Assembly: GCA_050273025.1 (NCBI GenBank)
Contig: CP158635.1
Location: forward strand, 4,774,001 to 4,838,000
From: Cenococcum geophilum
Taxonomy: Eukaryota
Direction: 5' to 3'
Length of the DNA: 64,000 nt
A model generated the notes under the pieces. That model did no database searches. It had not been told where the DNA came from and was given only the letters and a program-made list of their open reading frames with translations. Numbering within the stretch: the stretch's first letter is position 1; the number at the start of each line of letters is the position of its first letter. Both the position numbers and the translations under genes were made by a program. Below are positions 53,014 through 64,000 of the stretch, in pieces.

Positions 53014-53098
53014 GCCCGCGAAGCCCTACTGCACGCGTCCACGTCGCCGCGGGTGGAAACATCATCAGGAATCAATTCCTTTTGATGGCCAAGTGCAG
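53014..53098 (+). ncRNA. HDV-like self-cleaving ribozyme, intact fold
   Basis: P1 53014-20/53048-54, P2 53029-34/53093-98, P3 53035-37/53045-47, L3 UCCACGU, P1.1 CC/GG (53055-56), P4 53060-87, J4/2 GCCAA. Confidence 0.9.
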
Positions 53099-54865
53099 AG
53101 GCGATGGTAGAGAGCCGCCGCAGCGCGTGCAGCGCGCTGTCGTCGCGGTTCTGTGGTGTTGAGCTCGCGACGCGTACGATGTATCGTACAAAGCTTCGCA
53201 CAAAGCATCGCCCTCAACAACACCAGGAGCCTTACTGCCTCCGCTTGAGGCTCCTGCTCTACCACCTAGGGAGGCCTATCAAGGGAAACTGGGATACGAA
53301 AACCACCCGATGTACGACTACCTGGCTCGTAGCCAGGCCCGAAACTGGCCTTATTAGCCAGTCGACGTGGACGCGTCCTAGGCGTACGACAGGACACCCT
53401 TGGGCTTGCACTAGCTCTGAGACCGTAGGGACACGGCGAGGGCGTAGGGAACCTCTTTTTATAAGAACTTGTTAAGGTTAACGCGTCGCAGATACCTCGT
53501 ACGAAACTTGTTAAGGCCCCAAGGCCACCGCGAAGAACTTGTTAAGGCCCCTGCCTAGAGAACTCGTTAAGGCCCCTCTACGAGGGCCTATCTGGTATCC
53601 GGTACTCCCAGGTGACTCAAAAGAGGGTCTTAATAGGCGTGGTGCGCGCGACCTGGACGCGACAGCGACGCGATAGCGACGCGACGGCGACCAGACGGCT
53701 CGACGAGGTGGAAACACGGGCAAAGCTCTAGGCAGCGGAAACACAGGCCAGCTTCGACGGCCCCATGGCGACCAGGTGACTCACAGGAGGGTCTTAATAG
53801 GCGTGGTGCACGCAACCTGCGCATATACATATGGGGGAGGCTCTAAGGAAACACAGGCCAGTCGTACGAGGTCTCAACAGTTAGAGACACAGGCCAGCTT
53901 ATAAAAAGGGGGGACACAAGCTTGGTTAGTAGGAGAGGGCAGAGCAGGTCGCCTGGCGCGGGACCGAGCATCTACGACCCCTCCTGCAAGACACGGTCGG
54001 CCTGTCATAAGGAGACTCTTACAGGCAACGCGAAACGGAGACTAGTAGTATATAGGGTGTTGCGCCCCTATACTACTACTAGCCCCCGCGGGGCGTAGTG
54101 CGTAGTAGCCACTGCTGGCTCTAGGGACCTCACCCCTTAGCTGGGCTCTAACCCCTAGTGCACCTGGTAGGCAGGCAGGATCACGTCCTGGCCGGAGAGA
54201 CTACTACATGGCTCGAGAGAACGGATGCGCGTGTCGGTGTACCAATAGACAGGACTGCTCGCTAGGGCAGTACGCTAGTGAGGTACGCTTAAGGAGCAAA
54301 CAGGAGTTACTCAGGCGGGAGAGGTTTGGCAGGCCTTAACTGTAGAAGGTGCACCCACTCCACACTGCAGGATGCAGCCACGACGCCCTTGTAGGATTAC
54401 GCCAGTAGGCGCGTGAGACGGGAGTTGCGACCCCTGCAAATGGCAGCTTATGCCCGTGCCGGCGGAAACAATGAAGAGAGGCGTGAAACTAGAGGCTATG
54501 GAAGGCTCCTAAGCCGTGCGAAAGCGTACCAACTCTAGGAGGAAACTCTTATACAGACTGCTAGGGGGCAGACTGGTACTTGGGCTAACCCCATTATAAG
54601 ATATCCGTAAGAACTAGTGAGAATCCCTGTGCGATTGGTGGTGGCAGCTAACTGCTTGTGGCTGGGATAAAGCACTGGAAAACTGAGGTAGAGGCCTGGA
54701 TAAGCAGGCATAGTAAACTCTACTGTATTATTAGTACTACTAGTATATATAACTACCTGCCCCTTTGCTCCTCCGTCCGTCGTCGCAAGGGCGCCGCCGG
54801 TTGTATACCCCCTAAAGACACGTCACCACGACGCTAGCCACCACAACCAACGATTCCACCACAAC

Positions 54866-55462
54866 CGGTCTGCCACAGAGCAGACGACCTCCACTACAAC
54901 CAGTCTGCCGCAGGGCAGACGACCTCCTCTACAACCCGTCTGCCGCAGGGCAGACGACCTCCACTACAACCCGTCTGCCGCAGGGCAGACGACCTCCACT
55001 ACAACCAGTCTGCCGCAGGGCAGACGACCTCCACTACAACCAGTCTGCCGCAGGGCAGACGACCTCCTCTACAACCAGTCTGCCGCAGGGCAGACGACCT
55101 CCTCTACAACCCGTCTGCCGCAGGGCAGACGACCTCCACTACAACCCGTCTGCTGCAGGGCAGACGACCTCCACTACAACCCGTCTGCTGCATGGCAGAC
55201 GACCTCCACTACAACCCGTCTGCTGCAGGGCAGACGACCTCCTCTACAACCCGTCTGCTGCAGGGCAGACGACCTCCTCTACAACCCGTCTGCTGCAGGG
55301 CAGACGACCTCCTCTACAACCCGTCTGCTGCAGGGCAGACGACCTCCTCTACAACCCGTCTGCCGCAGGGCAGACGACCTCCTCTACAACCAGTCTGCTG
55401 CAGGGCAGACGACCTCCTCTATAACCAGTCTGCTGCAGAGCAGACGACCTCTACTGCAACCG
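54866..55462 (+). repeat. 35-bp minisatellite, about 17 copies, each with a stem-loop
   Basis: Unit GTCTGCC-GCAG-GGCAGAC-GACCTCCWCTACAACCM. CAGRGCAGAC recurs every 35 bp from 54876 to 55436. Confidence 0.95.
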
Positions 55463-57886
55463 GTCCACGGCTGTCGCGCTATAGGTAATTAAACTATAGA
55501 GGACCGCAGGCGTACCGCAGGCGCACCGCAGGCGTACCGCAGACGATGCACTGCTAGGGTAGCTATAGTAGGGGATAGGGGAAGGGGGCCGGCCCGTGTT
55601 ACTTTAGCACGTTAAATATAAGGTATATAGGCGAATTGGTGTTTATACCCTATACAAGACAACCTCGTGAAAATTTTCCTATGGGAGTGGGTTTACGTAA
55701 CGAGGTTCGCCCTTATAAAATACCCGTTTTCTAGAGCGTAAATCTAGGATTAGTAGGTTACTTTTGGGGAGAGTACCTACTAATTACTAATTCCCTACCC
55801 ATTTCTTTAGCAAGGAGAAGGAATAGGGTATAGAATTAAACAGTCGTATGGGGGTAATTGGTAGCTACTTTCAAGCTAGTAAGCTATATGGTTTCTCTTA
55901 TTCTTATATGCAAAACTACGTTAAAAATCTACCTTTTAGAGCGCTTTTTCTACTCTAGGAACGGCAGAATACGGCAGAAATAGATAAAAGAGCCAGGATT
56001 TTCGTGTGATTTTCTTGGTGTAAACTGGACCATAGTAAGCAAAATATCAGGACAAAACACCAATAGGCTAGGACTCCCCTAGTATTTAAAAACGGGCCGG
56101 AGTGTCCACTTAGCTACTAGTACATGTTAAGCTGCCTAGGAAGGATTCATGTATATAGAACTATAGCGCCATAGCCTAGAGGCTGCATGCGCAGTATTGT
56201 ACGTAGTATAATACAATGGATATAAAAAAAATAAAAAAAAAAGCTATCCTTTATAATCCTATAAAAGGCCTACCCTATTATAAAAGATCTTCTATATAGA
56301 ATCTATAGGATTTTATTTACCCTAGGTTATCAACTAAAAGTCTAGAAAAAGGCTTAAGGAGTTATTCTCCCTAAAGCAAATAAAGAGGACTATTCCCTAC
56401 TAAAGTCCTATAGACCTATCTCCTTACTAAACTACCTAGGAAAGACTTTAGAGAAGATCTTTATTACTAGATTAGGATATCTAGCTAGTACTACTAGCTT
56501 ACTTTAAGACTTATAACTAGGAGGAAGAAGATAGCGGTCCGTAATAGACGTAGTTTTACTACTCCTAAATAATATCTAGTTTAAAAATAATAGGAAAAAA
56601 GCCAGATAAAGAATAGCTACTACGCTATTTCTAGATGTAAAAGGGGCCTTTAACCATATCTCCGTAAACTAGCTTTTATCTATCTATAAGGAACTAGGGC
56701 TATCTATAGCGTTTATGTAATAGGTAGCTACCTTCCTTAGTAATAGAAAGCTACAGCTCTACTTTAATAGACAAATATAAAAAAAGGTAGAAATAGAAAC
56801 AGGGATACTATAGGGTTCGCCTATATCTCCTATTTTATTTCTACTATATATACGCAATATCTGCAGCCTATAAACAGAAGGAGACTATTCCCTTAGCTAT
56901 ATAGACGATTTTGCAATTATGGTTACTTCGAACTTAGCTAAATCCAATTATAAAAAGCTAGAGGGAATAGCGCTAGAGCTAATATCTAGAGCTAAAGAAG
57001 TTACTATTAGTTTTAATATTAGCAAAATAGAGCTTATACACTTCTATAGTAAGCGTATTACTATATAAAAAAAAGAGCTAAAGCTAGGAGATATAGAAAT
57101 ATCCCCTAAACCCCTAGTTAGGTAGCTAGGGGTATTTCTAAACTCTAAGCTTACTTTTAAATAACACGTAAAAATTAAAATCTCTAAAGCAAAAACAGCC
57201 TTCTATTTAATTAGAAGACTAGGCAATATATAAAGAGGTCTATCTCTATAAGCTCTATAACAGCTCTATATAGCTTGCGTTACTACTATAGTAGACTATA
57301 AAATATAATGCTGGTGGAAAAGCAAATCTAGAGACTACCTATTAGCTAGGTATCAATCTCTACAAAATAAGGCCCTAAAACTAGTTTTAGGAGCGTTTAG
57401 AGGATCTCTTATACAAGCTATAGAAATTAAGGCCTCTATCCCTCCTCCTAGAATTAGATTTAAAAAGCTTTGCAATAGCTATACATTAAGAATCCTAAAA
57501 TTTAAAGAAAACCACGTAATTAAAAAGGCCTATATAAAAGAGATTAATAAGGATAGGGAGGAACTAGTAACTAGTTCTAGTTCTAGTTTTAGCCCTAAAA
57601 ACTCTACTATAAGACACCTTCTATAGCTAAAAACTTAACTACTATCTCTAGCTTCTAGAGTCCAGTAACTAATTCAAAATTGGAAAATAGAGAGAATCTC
57701 TCTAGATTGGCAAAAACCGTAGTCTCCCCCTATTTCTACATTCTTTTCTATCTCTAGGGGTAGTAAAGAAGAAGCTATACAAGAACATTTAAGACTAGTA
57801 GAAAATCTATAAGAATCCCTAGAATGGGACCTAGTAGATATATACTATATAGACGGCTCCAAAGATAGTAAATTAAGTATAGCGGC

Positions 57887-58015
57887 TGTGACGGCTGAAC
57901 CACCAGCTAAAAGGATAGTGCACGAAGAAGATCAAGATCGACTTCGCAGCTTGTAGTTTAACATATATGTACCTAAATAAGCGCCCGCAGGTCACGTGAC
58001 GTCACAACCGTCACA
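57887..58015. mobile_element. 129-bp solo LTR
   Basis: Termini TGTGACGG...CCGTCACA. 5-bp TSD GCGGC at 57882-57886 and 58016-58020. Confidence 0.9.
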
Positions 58016-59220
58016 GCGGCCGTATATAAAATAGGGAAGAGAAATAGGATTAAATACGCAATAAATTGGAATCTAGGGCCTTATATAGAAATTATAGACG
58101 TAGAACTTTATACAGTCTATAGGGCCCTAGAATATCTAAAATAATAAAGACTAGAAGAGAAACAAGTTTATATCTTTATAGATAGCCAAACAGCTATTAA
58201 AAGATTACAGCTTAATTCTCTTACAGGGGGACAAGAACTAGTCTTTAAAATTACGTAAAGCTGCTCTTATCTAGCTAGTAAGAATATCTTTATTAACTTT
58301 TATTGGGTTCCTAGCTACCTAAAAATCTACGGAAACAAAATAATAGATAAGCTAGCTAAAAAGGGCCTCTTTAGAAGAAAAATATAATCTTCTTATACAT
58401 CCCTAGCCTATATAGGGAGAGCAGCAAGAGAAAAAATACTAGGATAGTAGAAAAGCAACTAGCAACAGAAAAAAATTAAAGGACAATACTATACTAGGAT
58501 CTTTAGAGGAAACTACTCTTTATCTCTTAAAGCCCTTAAGGATAAATATCCTAAAAGGTTACAATTAGCTTTCTATTAACTAAAACTAAAAAAAGGCTTC
58601 TTTAAATCCTTCTCTAAGACAATAGGGAAGGATAAAGAAGGTAGATGCTTTAAGGACTATAGAGCTATATAGACTCCTAAGCACCTATTACTAGAATGCA
58701 GACTATATAGGGAAGAGAGAAAAGAAATGCAAAGACAACTAAGCTCTTCTCTCTCCCTAGAGAAGCTCTTTTATATAGAGAAAGGAAGAAGGGCGCTTTT
58801 CCTATTCCTAAGTAAGACAGAAATAGCTACTAGAAAGTGGCTAATAGAAGTAAAAGCTTTAGAAGGAGGTAACTCCTACTAAACTTTTAGTAAATAGATA
58901 GTAGTGAGCAAAAGGACAGAAATAAACTATAAAATGTATAGGGGCAGGCGTTAGGATTCGTTTACCGTTTCTTTTACCGTTTTTTTACTATTTTAATACT
59001 ATCTAATAGTTGTCGTAACCTAGTATTTTACTAGGGAGCGGTAAACCTCTAATCTAAAGGTTTATAAACTACTAGGATATAGCTACTAGTATATATTAAG
59101 CTGCCTAGAAAGGATTTATGTATATAGAACTATAGCGCTATAGCCTAGAGGCTGTATGCGTAGTATTGTACGTAGTACAATACAATGGATATTAAAATAT
59201 AAAAAAAATAGGCCTCTACT

Positions 59221-61373
59221 TTTCCTAACTATTAGCTGTTTAATTCTTATATATTTAGCTTACTCTTTAGCTAATACCTAGTTCGCTTTTTGTCCTTAAT
59301 ATACTATAAATATTTTTTTTGGCACTTCCACTACTATTATCCGTTTAAGTATTTTCCTATAAAGAATTTTCCTAGTTAAAGTATTAAGTTGTTTAACTTC
59401 TAAACTTCTATTAGATGCCAGCTATATATATACTTAGTATTCTAGTATTATCGCTTATTTAGCGCCTAATATATCCTAATAGAGTATTTCCGATTCTTTT
59501 CTTTTAGGTTTTTATATATATAATCCACGCCAATATATAATACGCTAAGTACTTTAGGTTAACTCTTAGCTTATCTTTACTCTTAAGTTTAAACCTTTAT
59601 CTAGCTAATCTAAATATTAGTTTTTTATTTATAGGTACTAAAATCTCTCTTTCTTATCTCTAGTCCTCTAATCCTTCTTCTAGATTTTTAAACGTTATAA
59701 TTAATGCTCCCTTAATATAACTTATATGTCTTTCTATAATTACCTAGTCCTAGATAACTCTTTAGTCTAGCTATAGGTAAAAATCTTCCTAACTATTATT
59801 ATATTGCTGCCTATACTACTTTTAGTATAGCTTTATAAGCGTATACAATCTATCTATAAGGAAATATCTCGTTATTACTGCTTTATAACAGCCCTTTATA
59901 TGCCGTTCTTTAAATCTAGTTAGAACTCCTAGGTTCTCTTCTTATTCTAGTTTTTTAAGTCACTTTACTTTTAGCGTGCCTATTTTAGGCCTATTAGTAA
60001 CCTTTCTTAAGGCTATTTTTAGCTTACCCGGCATCTTTAGTCTATAGTACCCTCGTTATTCTTACTATGCTTTAATTTAATTCTTAAATTCTTTTTAGTC
60101 TTCTCCTAGTTTATATCTAGCTATTAGATCCTTTAAATCCTTAAATTTTATAATTCTAGTATTAAGTATTTAATTCTAAGGCTAAATATCTTATTTACCT
60201 AATATAGGTACTTCTAGCTCCTTTCGAAGTTATACCCCTACTTTAATCTATTTAGACTCTTATAGTACCCTTATCTCGTCTTAAAAATCTTAGTACCCTA
60301 AAACCCTTTATCCTATACTTATTTATTTATCCTTAAACTAAGCCTATACCTTACTCTATTAATTGTTATTTATTATAGGTCCTTAAGCTTATCTTATCCC
60401 GTCTTAGGAATCTTAAGCGTCTCTTATCTCTTTTTAAGCATTTTAAGCCTATAGCCTTTTGCCTTTATTAAGTGCCAAAGTAGCCTACTATTCTACTTCT
60501 CTTATGTCTTGCGAAGTGATAAATATTATATCTAATAGAGTCTTAATCCCCATTACTAATCCGGTTTCTATAGTAGATTTAACCTCTACCTCTATTATAT
60601 ACTCGAACTTTACGTACTCCTAGTTAGTCGCTTTTATCTTATCGTTGCTACTTATAGTCCAATTATTCTAATCCTTGGATTCTATAGCTTAGTAAAACTA
60701 GAACGTAAGAAACTTCTTCGCTAACTACTAGCTAGCTATACTATCTTAGTCCTAATTTAGTTTATAGAGTTAATCTAGTCCTTTATCTAACTCTCTTATA
60801 CTTTAAAGTCCTTTTAACTTAGGCTCTTATAGCTAATAGCTTACGCTATACTTGGCGTCCTTATAAACTTAGTATACGTTATTATAATAAAAGGTAAAGC
60901 TTTTAATTAAACACTCTCTTATTCCCTATAGTGTATTACCGTCCCTATATACGTATATACCATCTACTAGTCTTATTCCCTTTACTACGTAGTTATACTA
61001 ACTACCTCTATAGTCTCTAGTGAAATAACCCTATTTTCCGTAGTTTATATAAGCTCCTTCTTTATACCACTTTTCCTGCTATAGAGTCTGCCTAAATATC
61101 TTCTACTACTAAAACCCCTAGTTTGGCCTCTACTTTTTAGACCTTTAATTATTTAATTTTTATTCTCTAGATTTCCATAGTTATCTATTCTTATATTCTT
61201 TAGTACTACTTAGGACTATTAGCTCTACGCTATACTATAATTTAGATACCTATTAGTATACCTTTCTTATATACTTCGGTCCCTAATACATTCTATACTC
61301 CTTATTGCTTTAATATAGCCGGTTATTAATCTTAATAGCCTATTTAATTAATTCTCTTATATTGCTTAGGTCT
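59221..61373 (-). mobile_element. Gypsy C gag region, related to family A
   Basis: Reverse complement is largely colinear with about 25690-27960. Confidence 0.85.
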
Positions 61374-64000
61374 TGTTACGGAACCCCACCGCAGGGGCCT
61401 CTATAGGAGAGCCCCGTGCTCTCGCGTACACCTCACGTACAGCTTATATCAGCTACGCGTAGATACATCACCTCCTTACGCCCTTGACCCTTACGATCGA
61501 TCGCGCAACGTCTTATAGACCCCTCGAATACATACGCTCTATAGCCACTGCCCTCGTTCTATAACATTACGTTGCGCCTTTTTACCACTAACGCTTAGCC
61601 TATAACTAATTCTATATCTCTATAATACTATAGGCGCTACCAAAAGCAGCATATCTATAAATTACCTTACTTTATACTTCTAAGAAACCCATAATAGTAA
61701 GACGATATTTTTTACTAGCTACTATATTAAACCTAAAGAACAATCTAATACCTATACTTAACCTACAACGCCAATCAATCCTAGGAGAATTCAATTTATT
61801 AGCCTTAACCCCTAAGGAGATAGACACCAATAATGTCTTATCTTTTATTAACTATATAACTACGGACAAGTAAATAGAAGGGCTACTACTTATTAAAATC
61901 GAAATACGAGACGCCGAGATATTTATAAAAATAGTAGCATAAGATTTTAATAAATACTACCGCCTTCTATGGAACTACTACCTAAAGTTTATATAAGCTA
62001 AGATACGTACTACCTAAGATTACGATATTATTTAAAACCTATAAGCTTGTAAAGCGCTCGCTAATAACACACGTTAAGAAACTAAAGACGACCTCTACGT
62101 ATCTAAACGTGATGTTTAATAGTTAAAGAAGAATAAGATTGCACTAATTGCTATAGTCACTAAAAAAGAAGGCATAATTAAATACCTATAATCTTAGCTT
62201 AATAAGTATATTTATAACAATGCTAGATACCTCTTTACTATATATAACGCCACCCAAGTCTCTACACCCCCAGTAACTTTACCTACTTAATGCTTAATAG
62301 AGGGTTAGCACTAAGCAGCTTTACCTAATAGAAACCCCTACTAAAGCAGTAATAATAAAAGCTATAATAATCGGACCTAAACTGCTACTATAAAATCTAA
62401 TACACGCTACCCTAATCCCCTAGTCTTTTAAGGAGACCGTAAGGAATACAGCTACTAGAAGATACAAATCTATAAAAAACTAACTTAGAGCACCTGCCTT
62501 TTTCCTATAGAAGATACTAAGATTAGCTATATTATCGGGCGAATAAAGGGTATACTATTTAATAGACTCTTTGCCTAATAGGAGACTAGTAGCCCCTAAA
62601 AGTAGTAGTCTTACTAAGAAGTTCTTAATAATCTTAACCTAATATACCATGACTATAACCTACTGGCTACTAACTAAGCTAAACTATATACCCTAAAGAT
62701 AAGCCCTACTAAATTATTTAATAAGTTCTATATTAAATTCCAGGAATATACTAAAGCCCTCGCCTAAGACAATACTAAAGACTAAAAGGATCTCCTTAAA
62801 AAAGTTACTTATCGCCTTAGTTACGCAGCCGCTAGCTATAACTATAAGAATATTTATAAGATAGTAGCAGCCCTATAAAAGATTAAATAATAACTAAATT
62901 AAATTACTACTACTAACCCTTATTTAAAGACCTCTCTATAGAAGCCCTCTGGGCCTACTAAATCTATATATACTAAGCCACCAACGCCTACTACCTTAAG
63001 TACCACTAGAGCTAATATTAACCTCTCTATACTAACCTTTCCGTAAAAACTCCTAAATAGAGAGCGCAAGCTACTCTGGAAATTAGGACGCTACTATAGA
63101 TGCTATTAAAAAGGCTATTATTATAATAACCTAAACTACTTAATAGCTAGGTTTAGTACCTACCGCCTAATACCTAACCTAATACCCCAAACACTAAATA
63201 TGTTGCTACGCGCCACTACCATATAAAATAAAGACGTAGTAATAGTAGTAAAATCGGATACGGAAGTAGAAAACGCTAAGTCCTAGCCCTAAGTTGTGGG
63301 TTAGGACGCCCTAATAATAGAGGGATCTATATATTGGCCTGCTTAATAAATAACTTAGTAAAAATAAATAAACAGAAATAGATAGCTTTACCTATAATAG
63401 GAACTACTGCTATAAAATAATATAAAAGCCGTTTTATAATTAACTGCAGAGCTACTAACTAATTTATAAATACCTAACTTGTGCGCACTTATAACCTACC
63501 TACCTTACCCCTTACTAAAGCCCGCGCCCTATAACTCTTTAATAGTAGTTATACCGTATAGAAGATTACCTATATAGTATAACTCTACTTAGATATAAAC
63601 GGGCACTAGAAAAAGCTTTAGGCCTATATTACACTACTTACTAACTACCATATTATCCTTAGAATAAGCTAGCTTAAACAACACAACCCCGCTATTAACT
63701 AAGAAAAGAGAAAAATAACCTTTAACTCTAAATACTGTAGAGAGACTTACCTAGGACATAGCCTAGCCGCCTCTATTTACTCACCAGAATATTAACCTAA
63801 GAAACCCCTTATTACCCTACCTATAACTAATTACTACTATATAAGTGCCGCGGCCTTCTACCGTATAGCATATAGGAAAGGCTAGACCGTTACTATAGCT
63901 TCCTAATTATAACTATATAAGCTTAATAAAGAACAGAATTATATCCTTTATAGTAATAGGATAGACATAGTTAACCTTTTAGAAGATAACGCCCCTACGA
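61374..64000 (+). mobile_element. 5' part of Ty3/Gypsy family D (LTR, gag, protease), running off the window
   Basis: 193-bp LTR 61374-61566 with ends TGTTACGGAAC...GTTCTATAACA. R(C)YRC(HQ)KG(H) knuckle near 63088. Protease I(D)C(G)AT near 63438. Confidence 0.88.

Larger units (their letters stand above)
53014..56240 (+). mobile_element. 3.2-kb chimeric non-autonomous retroelement: LINE B-type 5' leader, hairpin array, LINE A 3' tail
   Basis: 13-bp TSD AAGCTATCCTTTA at 53001-53013 and 56241-56253. 53014-54760 is homologous to revcomp 15285-17066. 56111-56240 is homologous to 59080-59207. Poly(A) tail. Confidence 0.92.
52852..58882 (+). pseudogene. LINE A ORF2 part 3: RT, RNase H, CCHC (interrupted at 53014-56240 and 57887-58015)
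   Basis: KKA(P)G(PD) near 52980, KSYRPISLLN near 56402, FLDVKGAF near 56628, GSPISPILF near 56813, YIDD near 56898, RNase H YY(T)DGSK near 57843, TPKHLLLEC near 58673. Confidence 0.9.
21564..59207 (+). mobile_element. Full-length Tad1-like LINE (family A, RNase H-containing), expanded by four nested insertions
   Basis: 13-bp TSD ATAGGCCTCTACT at 21551-21563 and 59208-59220. A-rich tail. ORF2 pieces join once the inserts are removed. Confidence 0.93.

Noticed and set aside
54866..55462. CRISPR-like array of palindromic repeats
   Set aside because: Spacers are near-identical rather than unique, there are no cas genes, and the context is eukaryotic TE sequence. It is a minisatellite.
53004..55488. 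ORF-track ORFs in the GC-rich segment (53104-53475, 53511-53744, 55192-55488 and others)
   Set aside because: They overlap on both strands, lie in a ribozyme/UTR or a 35-bp repeat that is not a multiple of 3, and show no recognisable domain.
55964..55980. GGCAGAATACGGCAGAA similar to 2138-2154 in the Copia 3' UTR
   Set aside because: The match is only 17 nt and internally repetitive, so I cannot separate it from chance without a search.

Overview
This window looks like a fungal (ascomycete-type) AT-rich repeat block heavily mutated by repeat-induced point mutation (RIP; CpA/TpG converted to TpA). I found no intact cellular gene. It is a nest of mobile elements, and most junctions can be fixed to the base by target-site duplications (TSDs). 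The outermost host is a minus-strand Gypsy (C). Into it inserted: Gypsy B (carrying a Copia, a 1-kb SINE-like element, a full-length Tad1-like LINE B and a Tc1/mariner MITE); a Tad1-like LINE A stretched over 21564-59207; and Gypsy D. LINE A holds a complete chromoviral Gypsy A, a 19.8-kb TIR element, a 3.2-kb chimeric non-autonomous retroelement and a 129-bp solo LTR. Highlights: (1) HDV-like self-cleaving ribozyme folds start at the first base of three retroelements, and one copy is intact; two of the three are non-autonomous and combine a ribozyme head with a LINE-derived tail. (2) A 19.8-kb Plavaka (CMC/EnSpm-type) transposon carries a SNF2-family helicase and other cargo. (3) Gypsy A encodes an antisense Zn2Cys6-like accessory gene. 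All protein calls are pseudogenes read by eye through RIP stops, and their ends are approximate.
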